NCBI GenBank assembly: GCA_024704765.1
Contig: JAKMXF010000332.1
Location: forward strand, 918,984 to 982,983
Source of the DNA: Oopsacas minuta
Taxonomy: Eukaryota; Animalia; Porifera
DNA: 64,000 nt
Reading direction: 5' to 3'
Made by a program: the position numbers and the translations under genes. The notes beneath the pieces are model-generated. The model searched no databases and was not told the origin of the DNA. It was given only the letters and a program-made list of their open reading frames with translations. This document shows positions 1 through 12,974 of this stretch, piece by piece. The first letter of the stretch is position 1. The number at the start of each line of letters is the position of its first letter.

Positions 1-455
1 CCAATTGGTCCAATATTTAGCAATCGATAATTCAACTGAATTCGACATTCAACCATCATCGGTGAATTTACTTTTCGTCAATTTTACCTAGTTTCTTGCA
101 TGCAGGGATGCCAAGATTTGTCAGGTTATTTCCTGTTCTAAAAGATAAGCGATCGGGATGCAAAGTACGAATAATTATTATCACAGCATTCAACATACTA
201 TGGTCATCTTTGAAGGCTAAAAACTTTGGATGACGAGCTGGTTAATTCGATAGTACAAAATTCACATAGGAAATTCTATTATTTGCGATATTATTAACAT
301 TGTACATTTGACAATAATAAATAGATGTTTGATATTTGTTGATACACACAATCTAGATCTACTGAGTATTTCCGGTCAAAATTGAGGTCATCTGATTGCT
401 TAGGTTGAAATTTTCTTAAAGAAATGCTCCAATTTTGTATCATTGTAATGAGTTA

Positions 456-573
456 CAATAGAACCCGGTTTGTACGTACTCGGCTTAAGGGGTGCTTTTG
501 TTTAAATAGGATGCTCAATTCTTATGTACTAAATTTTGTTTCCCGAGGGGTACCTCTCATCCAATTTCTACCG
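456..573 (-). mobile_element. Tc1/pogo-type MITE, same family as the copy at 23283-23449
   Basis: Begins ta|caatagaac. Shares the motifs cttaagccgag and tttcccgaggg with the 23.3-kb copy, in inverted orientation. Confidence 0.5.
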
Positions 574-2765
574 TGATTAATAGATTTACGATTGTACAAT
601 GCGTTCTAAGGATGCAGCGTATCATACAGAGGAGTGAGGCCTGCAAATTCTCCCACCAAGCATATGATATGGTCAAATTAATCAATTAATTGAGCATACT
701 TAAGTTGTATCTATTCTCTTGAATTTGAATTTTAACTTGTTTTTGCCTGATTATGTTGCCATGGCAGGCTAGCATTCCATCATAACTTAATCGGGTAAAA
801 CCTCATTTAACCTCTCATTTAACCGAATGTGGCCTTGAAATGTGTAATTTTATGACGTCAACAAGTTGCTAAATATCTTTTTGTTTGCGGGAATTGGTTT
901 AAATGATGTGGGAAAATTGTGTGTTCATTTCATTACGAACGTAACTCTTCGGCTGAAATCGGTTAACTTCAGATTTATTCTCATTGTGTACTAATGCGAG
1001 ATCATCAGTTACTGTCAAATGTAGGCTATATTTTTTATAATTAAGGTACCATGGTGTATTGTTATAATTTACTTTTCAAAGAATGCCAAATCTGATTGTT
1101 AACTCTAGCCGAATTTTTATCACGTGGTTGATAATACTTTGGTAGGTGGCATATTTATCTTTTATAATTTCTTTAAACTATTTGAATTCTCTTCGAGTAT
1201 ACCCCTTGAATATCGTCTAGCGTGCTACTGTCATCGAGTTACCATTTTGCTTCCCTACCAGCTCAAAATTTCGGAATGATATCTTGCCATAGGACGATTT
1301 TGACAAATTCGCCAGTAATTGCTAACCTCAATTTTCCGACCAAATAATGCTACAGACATATAATTTCTACCCAACTTCCCGTACCTCGATAATACATTTT
1401 GATATGATGTTTCGTATTCCGTATAAAAATTTGTCATCAGGGTATGCCGTGTTAAGTTAAATTTATTTACCTGTAAAATTATATGGCCACAGCATTGAAT
1501 GTCGGCAAGTTAATTTGTAGTAAGTATTGGCTACAATACTTCAGACATGTTTACTCCTCACATTATAGAACGAGTGCACGTAATCATGATAATTCTTTGT
1601 TATTTTATGCAACAACATCCTTAGGGATTCAATAAATGTATTAATTAGCCTATTACAGAGTTTCAAATTTCTTATTTCTTTAAAATATTTGACAAGCAAG
1701 CAATCACATGTAGAATTATACAATAGCAAAGTGTTATGATATTATTCATCATGATCCATCCGAATTACTTATGACTTGCTGTGGTGACATTTGGGCTTTT
1801 TACGTGGCTCTTTGTCATTGATCTCGGCACTTGTTTCCTTAAGTAAGAATTTCTCAAGGTTTTCAATTTTGCACAGTCATTCAGACGTAATAATTCCATT
1901 ATGAGTATGAATCGTGTGAGAATTTTACGTCAGGATTTGGATTATATTTTGGGATCCTTTTGATTCAAATTTCAACAATTCTAACATATATATTTGCTGA
2001 GCAGTGGTTCTCTTTTCGATAAAGCATAAGGTGACAATTACATCATAATTTCTTCGGTGTGAATTTTCGTCCAAGACTCGAACTTCCCGAGCCAGGCCTA
2101 ATATGCCCCCTCACTGCGACCCTATAAGCCTATCATGTTTTGTCAGATTATGGCCCCATGCAAATTGGATATCGAATATGTTTTTCTTTGTGGATTTAAA
2201 TTTGAATATTCTCAAAATATATCTCTTCAGAAAAAATGTAATTTCTAGATTCACCCAGAAATCGATTTCTATATTATTCCATTGAATTCAAAGTTTTAAG
2301 ATACGTGTTCTGAAACCCGATTTCTATGGGGCCATATATCTCCACCATAGTCGAAGATAGTGAAGCCCTGCCCTGTATGCCAAAATCAGCCTTGGGTGTC
2401 CTCCAGTTTCTTCAATCAATTCTTGACATACAAAGATAAATATGCACATATACACATATACAGATTATTAGTACTTGGCTACATTTACGAGCTGACACAA
2501 GTTTACAGACTAGTCAATGGAAGCGTAGGCATGTAACAAACTCCTATCAGACTCCTAAACATCAGCTGGTTAATTAAAGGATAGCAGAATTATTTCGGGA
2601 AATACGGGAATAATCATAATTGATTGGTTACCTAACAATGTAGAACTAATAGTGAGTACTATGTTCAAGTTCTGAACAACTTGTGTAAAGCTATTAAGTC
2701 TAAGAGGCTTAGCAAGTTGAGTTCTCATGTTTGCTTCAGGATGATATTGTATCAACTCATACTAA

Positions 2766-3843
2766 CACAGTGGGTTATTTGAGTATTTATTTTCATTAGT
2801 CTATAACTTCAATAATCTTCATCCTTTTCCCCTAATTTTTGGCTACTGGGGTTTAACTAATGACAATTTTTGTGTCATTTCAGATTTTGAGGATGAGTTA
2901 GCATTTGATAATTATGTGTCATATTTACTTTCCAAAAATTTTCAAATTTATTTCGTTTCTTATTATTCTTTACTATATATGATATTCTTTATAGTATCTT
3001 TTTTCAATAACAATCACTAGTAACTAGGCCAAGCATTAGTTACGGTGGAATGGCACCCTAATCTTGTTTGAAGCATAATCTTGTGATTCGGATATGTTGT
3101 ATAGGAATGTGATATTATGTTAACTACAAAAATACATATGTATTTCACATAATTATTGTCATACAAAGCTGTAAAATGTCACTTACACTTCATGAAGTAA
3201 ATGAAATATTTCTGGATACTAAAGAGGGCCATCGAAATGCTAAAGTAGATGTCAGTTTGGCAAGTAGCATAATTGGAGAAAGACTTGGAATCGACTCACA
3301 ATTTCCAACGTTCTCAAAAGATGTGAAGAACCTCCATTTGAGGTGAACTCAATGTTAGATGGTAAAATGTGTGCCATATTTACTGGTCGCGGTGGCTCTG
3401 CTTGTCAGTGTTGCTTCGCAGGTCAAACTGATGTATCAGACCCTGAAGTTGTAATAGGAGGCTTTCCGATTAATTCCACGTTGCAAGCGATCAAAGATAC
3501 TATCATAGAGCTAACTTCTGGTGGAAAGGAGCTTACAGTTTTTCCTTCCCAACAACGAGCTGGAATCACTCATTAACCTGCAAGTTCGATTGCAATCCTT
3601 CCTATTGCACCCCTACAATTACACTTACGTATACTTGATTGGTTCCTGAAAATATTATACCGGATAGCAGCGGGAGAACATAACTGGGCTGATTATGTAA
3701 ATATTAAGACCAGCCATAAACTGATTACACAACGGATTATAGAAGTTACGAATATTCAGTTCGACCAACCTGGAGGATGTGGGAACACTATCACTGGTAA
3801 TTCAGTGATAGTACCAGTGATAGTCCGGAACGTTTCAACATAA
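2766..3843 (+). mobile_element. Truncated, internally deleted Transib/RAG1-like transposon (second family)
   Basis: Left end CACAGTGGGTTA at 2766. The frame 3268-3843 reads SMLDGKMCAIFTGRGGSACQCC...GFPIN...QRAGITH*P...LDWFLKILY...DQPGGCGNTITGN, covering the second catalytic Asp, the CxxC and the GN motif of Transib/RAG1. No right end was found. Confidence 0.75.
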
Positions 3844-5184
3844 TAAATCTAAATTGAATACTTTGTACAAACTCGATTACTTGAAATAAATAGTCACACA
3901 TTCCTGAATTTGAACCTGGATTAATTGTTGATAATATATTGTTCTACAAATATGTAATACATTTTTCGGGTAAAATGTACCAATTCTGCGATATGGATCT
4001 ACACTAGATTATTATCCTCTCCGACCGCATCCTGGTCCAAAATTCACAAGAAGTTGGCAGGCCTTATAGTACAGTGGACAATGATCAGAGCTCTAAATAT
4101 GTGAGATTTCCAAATCAACATATTCCCTTTATTTACCGTAGAAATTCTATAAATTATGCAATTATTGCTATTTACTAAACGCTGCAAGCAAATAGCAATA
4201 ATAGCATCATTGATAGAATTTCTCCTGTTAATTGGAAACCCAGTCAGCACTAAATCATGGACGTCACCACGGGGGGGTAATGCCTCCCTGGGAATTACTT
4301 TGTCCCCCTAGATGAAAGTCTTGGCTAAGTCCCTAAACTAAATTAAACTATGTTTTACCTTATATTTCGAATAACAATTTGTTAGAATTTATTTCAATAG
4401 AATAGCTATTTATGTGATCAAATCAAATCCGATCATTTGAAAATGATTTGACATAACCACAATCTTAACATGAACTGCGGGCCAGATTATCTCACCTTGT
4501 GGACCAGATCTGGCACGCGGGCTGGGGTTGCCGACCCTTGCTGTAGATCTTATTACTTATACGTATATAGATTGTTGTATGTGTAGCTTGAATTACTAAA
4601 TTTTCCTTTGAATAATCATTGAAGTAATCAGAACTTTAGAAAAACTTCACTCTTAAGAGAAAATTCAAAATCTATTGGAGTATCATTTTAGAACTTTAAT
4701 TGTATCCAAATCCCATCCCCCTCTACTATTCTCATATTTTTTTGTCATAACAATATCGATTTGCTTCTCTTCGAAACCACTGGGGCATCACTATCATCCC
4801 TCTCGAGTCAAATTTTTTGAAATTCTCTTACTTCAAAGTAGCACAATTTCGTATAACCGTTCTTGCTGTTCTTTAATCAAATATTCTGCTTCATAGAGTG
4901 AAATATTTTCTAAATTTTTTAGAATATGTATTACTTACTTGCGTACTGACTCATTTTTGTTTATTGATCACTATTGAACATAATTATATATTCTTGCTCT
5001 CCCGCTTAGTTTGGTAGTGCTCTGCTGTTGCATTATTCTCAACAATTCATTCCTTAGGGTTAGCATATTAATGAAATAGTAGAATTTCTTATGTGCTAGA
5101 TATAATTCTAAACTTAATGATCTCTTTATCTACCTTATATAATTTATATATTTACATGTATTTTATTCACTTTTCTTTTTATAG

Positions 5185-6474
5185 ATTTGTGGTCGTAATC
5201 TTCGAATTGCTCCCGCTTCGACTAAGGATGATCTAAAAACCGGAAAAATTAGCGGGTCAATTATGGGAATCGAATCAAATTTGTTTGGACCAGTGGTGCA
5301 TCCAGAGAATGCACCCGAAGAGATCACAAAAGCAGTAGCATCCCTACCTCCGGAGCAAATGTTTGAACTTATGAAACAGATGAAATTATTTATTATGCAT
5401 CAACCTGAAGAAGCTAGACAGCTACTATTACACAATCCACAATTACCTTATGCTCTCCTTCAGGCTCAGGTTGTTATGAGAATTGTGGATCCACGCCTCG
5501 CTCATGAATTTTTGCATAAGCCTAGTATTAATGTTCCAAATTATAGTGAAGGTAGTGAGAATATGTCTGCTGTTGATATGAAAGACCTGGATCTCTATCA
5601 CTCTGAATTTGGATTACTTACACAAAAAAATCTTCCAGATTCTCATTTTGAATATCGTCAACAAGGTTGTAGTCCATTGGGCTCCTATTTGACAAATCCA
5701 GAATCTTTGCATATGTTGAAATCTACCCATTATCCCCTTCAAAAGGTTTCTGGTCCAGGTAATCCTATTTGTCCTGAAATTTCCATGCATCCTCATCAAC
5801 GTACAGATGAAGTTCAAACTCACTTGACTCCACAAGACCCAAGGACAGTTCAGGAAATTAAGATTCCAAGTATTATTTCTCAAGAAAGATCAGGTTATAA
5901 TGTTATTAATCCCAATAGACAATCACATTCAATACATTCCAATCCAGAAACACTCGTCGGCATTCCTAGAACATCTATGTACGCAGAACACTCAATGAGG
6001 TCAACATTTCATGATAATTTCGATTCTAACATGTCCTCAGATCTTAATACACATTCTTTACCGAGAACAGACTCTACAAGTAACATTGTATTACCTATAC
6101 CTAATAATCCTTATAAACAACATAGTTTACAACTCCCCGGAAATAGTTATGACCCACCTCATGATCCTCGTAGAGTGATTTCGCATGGTGATCCGCAAAC
6201 TTCTGTTTCTGGCGTAGAGTTTCGACCTCCTATTGGTTTCCATGCTAATCAACATTTCAACATTTCAGATCTCAAACCTGGTGCTGTTATAGCTGACAAG
6301 GGCACAAATATAAGTTCGATATCTCAGGAAGAAAAAACATCTTTGATACTACAGGTACTTGCGTTAACAGATGATCAAATAGCACAGCTAACTGTGGAAC
6401 AGCGTCATAGTATAATCTTACTAAAGGAACAAATTGCAAAACAAACAGGTGCTGCCATTCAGGCAAGAACTTAA
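5185..6474 (+). CDS. CSTF2: Cleavage stimulation factor 64-kDa subunit (CstF-64), terminal coding exon; most of the RRM lies upstream and was not found in the window
   Basis: Acceptor ttttcttttt atag ends at 5184, in frame. The exon reads ICGRNLRIAPAS (RRM tail), the hinge APEEITKAVASLPPEQMFELMKQMK...NPQLPYALLQAQVVMRIVD, and the C-terminal domain EKTSLILQVLALTDDQIAQLTVEQRHSIILLKEQI. Stop is TAA. Confidence 0.93.
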   Translation: MCGRNLRIAPASTKDDLKTGKISGSIMGIESNLFGPVVHPENAPEEITKAVASLPPEQMFELMKQMKLFIMHQPEEARQLLLHNPQLPYALLQAQVVMRIVDPRLAHEFLHKPSINVPNYSEGSENMSAVDMKDLDLYHSEFGLLTQKNLPDSHFEYRQQGCSPLGSYLTNPESLHMLKSTHYPLQKVSGPGNPICPEISMHPHQRTDEVQTHLTPQDPRTVQEIKIPSIISQERSGYNVINPNRQSHSIHSNPETLVGIPRTSMYAEHSMRSTFHDNFDSNMSSDLNTHSLPRTDSTSNIVLPIPNNPYKQHSLQLPGNSYDPPHDPRRVISHGDPQTSVSGVEFRPPIGFHANQHFNISDLKPGAVIADKGTNISSISQEEKTSLILQVLALTDDQIAQLTVEQRHSIILLKEQIAKQTGAAIQART

Positions 6475-7547
6475 CTATTTCTGACATAAAATTCCTATCT
6501 TAAATTTATTTACTTTTTTGGATAATTTTGTTGAAATGTATTCTGCAATTTCACTTACTTGATATTCGTAAAGGCATAGCCTACTACACATAAGGCCTAA
6601 CAATAAATAGTGGATTTTTGACAAGCTACCTGATGGAACAAATTGTATTTGATTTCTATATTGCAGATACGGTTCATCTTTTCCCGATTATATACTTTAT
6701 AGATTGTAGAATAACAAAGGGTCAAGCGTTATATGATGGAAAAATATCAGGAATGTGTCAAAATATTTGTTTTGTATGCTAAAATATGCTATTTTGGTGC
6801 CTCGTAGAAAAGTTTAAATATTTTATCTTACATTTCAAGGTGAATATATGAGATGATATGTAGATACTTATGTAAAACAGATTACTTATATGGAGCTGAA
6901 TCCCCAGTAACTGAAATATTTAAAATAGCAATTTTACATACACTAGAACTCTGTTGTGACCTACTCCACTTAAGACCTACTCTTGTAGAAGACGTATTTG
7001 TCTCAAATAACCGAATTTTTACTGCTATCCCATTCACATATACTAACAACAGTACTTGGTATATCCTGTTGCATACCCAACAATAGTCCTATCACTTTAA
7101 TATCACAGCATATATTCCAGTTGTATTACAGGTACTACTTGATTTGTTCGTGTGGTAAAGGCAAATTTTCGGATAATTCATGCAATTTTAGGATATTCGT
7201 TGACATTATGTAGCAATCCGGCTTTGAGGCTAGATTTCAATGAATCGATGTACAACCGCTACTCCTCGGGCAAGTGTTGTATTCCTAGTTCACTACAATA
7301 GCACAATGAATCTAGATTTGAAAATACACAAAAACGGCCATCTGACGTGTTCTGAAACTGAAATGCTTGTGTCACACCTGAAAGCAAGTTTCGTTGTTAT
7401 AGTCTAGATCCTGGAATTTCGGCTAGTTGCGTATTCAAACTCAATCTCTCACTAAATCAATTAACTCTAATTTATCATTGAAGAATCTTTGTTTGTTCTT
7501 CTATATAGTCACAATCAGTTTCTTAGAAGCGGTTTCTTCGTCTAGAC

Positions 7548-8019
7548 CAGTGGTTCTTGACCTTGTTTGAACCATATCCCCCTTCATGGTACCCAATCAA
7601 GATTTTTCCCCTTGTATTTCTACGCACCCCAAATATTGAACTAGGTATGAAAATTTGATGTTACCAACACACTATAGTCATGATAATGCCCACAATACGA
7701 TATACTAACTAAGCAAAGAGAATGTATGTACGTAAGTGCAATACTTAATCGCTATGTATATGTTAGTCAATTAGTGTAATACTTGGCACTGTTGTTACCT
7801 GAGCAGCTCGTCAATCGAAGGTGCAGTATTAGATAGCGCACAACGTAGATCGTCTTCCGCATTCATTTACATTTTTAGATTAGTATTATTCAAGTCAGTA
7901 TTGTTTTTATCCATCAAGATTCGAATCCTGGAAGAATTAACATATTATTGTATGGTCTAATTTTCTGAGAAATATTTTAGCGTCCTAGATCCTCATATTT
8001 CCCCCTGTTAAGACCCCTG
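7548..8019. mobile_element. hAT (Buster/Charlie-like) MITE
   Basis: Ends cagtggttcttga / gttaagacccctg. The 8-bp flanks gtctagac and ctctagag match at 6/8 with a central TA. Confidence 0.6.
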
Positions 8020-8689
8020 CTCTAGAGAGTCTATATCCAAATCAAAATATATGCTTGGCGGATGTTTTGGAACCAGATATTCTTCTGAATGAGGAATTGG
8101 ATGGCTGAATCGAAATCGTTTAGCAAATCAAGTTTTTGCAATAACCTACTAAAATATGGCCTGATCACTACTTTTGAACCAGGGATAATATGAAATTGGG
8201 GTATTTTCACCTGAATATATGTATTATTCATATGTATGAATTGGCAAAAGCCGCATTTGTGAAAGTTTTCAGAGCTAAATTACTTCATCTGTTAGCGTAA
8301 TTGGCAAATATGAAAGATGCTCTTTGAAACCATGTAGAACGTTAATTATTTACCTATGTTCAAAATGTTGAAGATTCAAATGTACTAAAACCGTTTTATA
8401 CAAATTATTCAACATTTGTCATGATAAAGTTGGAGATATCACATAGACCATGGATGTTATATGTATTGTTACTATCCTCTTATAACTTGATAATCGTTGA
8501 AATTATAGTATATTCAACATAGCCAATATACCTGACTTCCCATAGCCTTATAAAACATTTGACATGATATCTCTTACCAATATGCTGCAATCATGGATAT
8601 GCCCAGATATGGTCATTTTTGAGATTGTGCAATATTCTTCAGGGCTATTTTATCAAAATATATTAGAAGGGCATGGGAAGTTGGGCGTA

Positions 8690-9210
8690 TGAATAAAATG
8701 GCTATCCAATTGTCTCAGTGAGCAGGCCTTATAATTGGTAGGCTATGGTTTATGTATTTATAACTGACACTAGATATAACAGTTGTACAAAAGTAGCAGT
8801 CAGTAGAATGACCTTTTAGTTCTCTTTAAATCATAATTATTGCGAATGGCAGACTTACGGACACCTTTTAGCCAAGTTCTGAGATTGGCAGTACACTTAT
8901 TACTGCTAAAATGTGGAGCCCACACTTTATCTTGATCACCAATATTGAATTGAGAATTCATTTGATATGCTTTCTTCACAGGAGGAGTCATATCGCGTCT
9001 CTGTCCTTGGTAGTATATTCCCTACAAATATATTAGAAAAAGTTTGGGTTTGTGACGCACCCACAAGACATAATTGTGCTAAAGACAACGAATGTAAGTT
9101 AATAAGAAGAATATTTTCACTGACTGAGGCAAAAAAAACTATGTTGAATGAATACTTTACGATTTTACCTGGGAATACCCATATAAAATTGCAAATTTTC
9201 GAACATTTTT
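8690..9210 (-). pseudogene. Chapaev3-type transposase N-terminal remnant
   Basis: Minus strand reads C..NPNFF*YIC...TPPVKKAY...IGDQDKVWAPH...C...LRTWLKG...DCYFC, the same N-terminal motif series as the copy at 56401. Confidence 0.7.
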
Positions 9211-9734
9211 GAATTACAAAATTTGAGATCCTCAGGAAAACATTATGTAAAATACACAGTAAGCTAAACATAGCATAATAAAACATTCTTCCATAAAGAA
9301 TCAAAAAACATTGTTTTATAGTGTAACTTGCACAGATTATTACTATCTCGAGACTCCCAATTCAATTCACACTTATGTTTGTTTAGCTCAATTATCCATC
9401 ATCCAAGGAAATTTATAACAAATTCGAAACTTCTTTTTCGAACTTATCTGCTTTTTCACTTTATTTATTTCTCTGATTGTAAATAATTTCGGAATTGCAT
9501 ACATTCTCCATAGATATATTCATGATAGCGATTTTTGAACAATTTCCCCAGGGATTCTATTCTAGGCAAGAAATACCGATTTCAACTTTAGAATGAAGGT
9601 TTCTTTGTAGTTTGACATAACACATTTACGTATTGAAGAGTGGTTCAAATCCCTACACAGAATTACATAATATGTACATAAGTAGGTGTTAACGCTTATT
9701 AGTATGATGTTCCGCCCATAAATGCATGTGTATA

Positions 9735-12128
9735 TGTTGCAGTCAATGTAAAATCAGTCAATTTACAAATTGATTGAAATTTCCGGTTAATTAATATGTT
9801 GACTGATTCATTGGTAATTGATTTTGACAGATTGACTGAAACGAATTAAAATTTAATTTATTGATATCAATATGCATTAACAGCATGTGGTTACTGTATA
9901 GTGACTTTAAAAGTTCACATATCGTTTCCAATCAGCCATTCATATCTTGTTGGGAGTAGGTCATAGTCGCTTGACACTTTCTATTACATTTATATCCAGC
10001 CCTTGAAAGATTAAATTTGTTTGATTTGCATTATTTGCCACTTTGTGTACAGTTGCACTTGGTAAACCTTTGTCCACCACACTTAGACCCTTGTTGAACA
10101 GCTTGTCGCAGGCCTATTTCTTTGTCTGTTGAGAAATCGTCCACACTGTACAGTGGATGGGGACACAGATCAAATTGATATCGGCTGTAGTATCCTTTCA
10201 GGATTCCTGCACGGACTGCTATACAGTATATTCATTTTCATTTCTTTCCAGAATTACACCCATAATGATTCGAGAATCACCTCTACCGCGATCCACTAAA
10301 TGGTTTGGAATAATTACATTATTTCCAGGGTTTCCAGCAACCAGCTCTCTTGCGGTTGAGTTGAATGTTGTCGTGCCGTATTTGGATAGCGGTTATCTGA
10401 GGCGAAGGACCAGATGAAGATTTTGAAGAAGTAGCTTCTGAGGGATCAGGGAATGTATTTTCTTGTGTAGAAAGATTTGGAGATACTGGGGTTTGTTTAT
10501 CTGAAGAGACTTGAGAGGGGTCAGATTGCTGATATGCAGCCATTAGATCGTCTTCGAACACAAGGCGTTCTAGGATTTCACTATGGAGGGATGCTGAACG
10601 TAGTCCAACATATGCATCACGTTCAAACAGTGCCTTGAATGGGGATTGTTTAATTCCAGAATGGTGACCACTGTTCTTCAGGAACTGCACAAAACGAAGC
10701 CCAGTTGGCCAATCTGTGGAGTCATTGTAACCTAACCACTCAGTTGGTATGTCTTTGAAGTCACAATTTAGCCTCTCAACCGATCCCTGGCTATCGGGAT
10801 GGCAAGGTTTACCATGGAGCATAAGCAGATCCGGCCACATAAGCTTCAGTTCATTGATGACTGATGCTGTAAATTCACTGCCGTTGTCACTCTGGAAATT
10901 TGAGGGACGCCTAGTAACACGAAAATGTCAACCAGTTGCCACGCGACTTCAGCAGCACGTTTGGACTTCAAAGGGCGTAATACGCAGTACTTTTTTATGT
11001 GGTCTTGATTAACCATGATCCAGCGAAATGAACCTTTGCACATGGACTGCATGTCAATGAGGTCAACCTGAGCACTGGATCCAAAGTCTTTGGACAGAAT
11101 TGACTTCACAGCAACACCTTTAGTGGTGGCACGCTTACATTTCTGTTAACATTGAACACAGAGATTTGTAGAGCTCAATGGAGTCGCGAATGACGTTTGC
11201 ATATTTGTTCTAAGCTTTAATCATCTTGTCTCGACCACCATGACTGCATGCAACATGGACGTGTTCAATGATGTCAGGCATATCATCTATGTGAGTAAAC
11301 TTAAACAGGTTCTTGAGAGCCTTCACTTTGCTTTCGAATCAACTTGTCAACATTCCCACACTGAAGAATTTCCCTATAAAATATATAAAATATGTCACTT
11401 AATCGATTCCAGCAAAACAGTACACAGCCGTAGTGTGCATATATTGGCACATTTTCTATGTACATCCAAGGAAACCTAAAACTTCGTACGTACGTAGGCT
11501 CTAGACAATTAGAGAACTAATTATAGTATTGTATAGATCATTTATTTGACCTGAATCCAAGTAATGCAGCCATGACTCAGGTTCTAATTGTTGAACCAAT
11601 AATTCTTGTTCACATACCTGCCCAGTATATAGTACTGCATGTTGGACTTCTTTGCGGTATCAGATGCAACTTTGACCTCTTCAAGCTACAAAAAATACTC
11701 GTGTTTTGTCATCAACAATGATTTTTATCAGAGCTTTTTCGTTTCAACATCTCCTCACGGAAAGACTGTTCCATAGTGTCCGCCATCTCTGAGAGTTATG
11801 AGGACAATGAGATGTTCATATTACCTTGCCTTTTATACTCCAGAATATTTCACGTCGAAAGATACTTGCTTTTGATGTGTTGTTATTGTCGATACACTAC
11901 TTTGAGTCAGGTTTCTCTTATACATTATCTATTCTTAAGTTAAGTGAGGTATATGTTTGTAATAACTATTGGAAGATTTTCCATTATTCACTACTAATTG
12001 ATTTAATATTCGTAATACGTTTCAGTCAATCTGTCAAAAAAACGACCAAATGATTCAGTCAAATTGTAAATTGCCTAAGTGAATCAATCAATTTTTAAAT
12101 TGACTGATTTTATACATTGACTGTAACA
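9735..12128 (-). mobile_element. Ginger-type DNA transposon (integrase-core transposase, KRBA2/SCAND3-like), decayed but full length
   Basis: About 120-bp TIRs starting TGT (tgttgcagtcaatgt / tgttacagtcaatgt), with 4-bp flanks tata/taca. Frameshifted ORFs 10319-11109 read QVDLIDMQ, (L)QSDNGSEF, HGKPCHPDSQGSVERLN, followed by a Cys-rich C-terminus near 9960-10110. Confidence 0.8.
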
Positions 12129-12974
12129 TACATAGATAATAATATGATAACTTATATAGTCTAAACTTCCAGGAATAGTATTTCATGGTATTCAACTGTA
12201 TTTCGAGAATTACTGATGAGATGATTGTAAATTGGATAGTGACCTGAAACACCGAGATCGAAATTTCAGCTAGGAACTTGGTATGGTTCATGTAACGACA
12301 CTTATTTGGCATGCAAGAAAATCCATATATCATATGTAGTTAATTCCGAAATACCCTCATATGTGAATTATACTTGTAGCTTGATCACAGATATGAAATC
12401 ATAGTTACACATGAAATACTATATTATATCCATTCCAGTTTAACTAACATATTCCCATTTGTATAGATAGTACATCATATGAATATCTGATGTATGTATG
12501 AACAAGTGGACAATTAGAGAGGACCCACTGTAGATACATTTGACATACATTTCGGGGTGTACATTCGTAAATTCTCAAATGCCATACGCCAAAACTATCG
12601 AAAATATTATCGAAGTTTTTCGGGAAAAAATGATCGGCAATCATCCTACGATCGTGATCGTCGATCAATGATCGCATGAATATCAATTTCCATGACCCTG
12701 GAGGGCTACGACAGTTAGATAATTGAGTTCTAGTAAGAATACAAGACCTGTACCGAACCAGAGAGCGACACTTAACTCATATGTCAATTGCTCCTGAAAG
12801 GACCCACATATGACATAAGCACAATAGTATCCATCGATGTACCCATGAGCCCCCTCACCCGAAAGCTGGTTGCATTAACATTCCAGGTATGACGTTTTAA
12901 GCCTCACTTGGTACCGAAGGAAGTTGCCTTAGAAGGCGTTCCAGAAGACCCATAAGCAGTGGAACAAGCCCACC

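Noticed and set aside
9620-9665. tRNA-like T-loop ggttcaaatccc
   Set aside because: No D arm, anticodon arm or acceptor stem could be folded.
12620-12690. Dense GATC(G) cluster
   Set aside because: Short and low-complexity; probably a transposon subterminal remnant with no definable boundaries.
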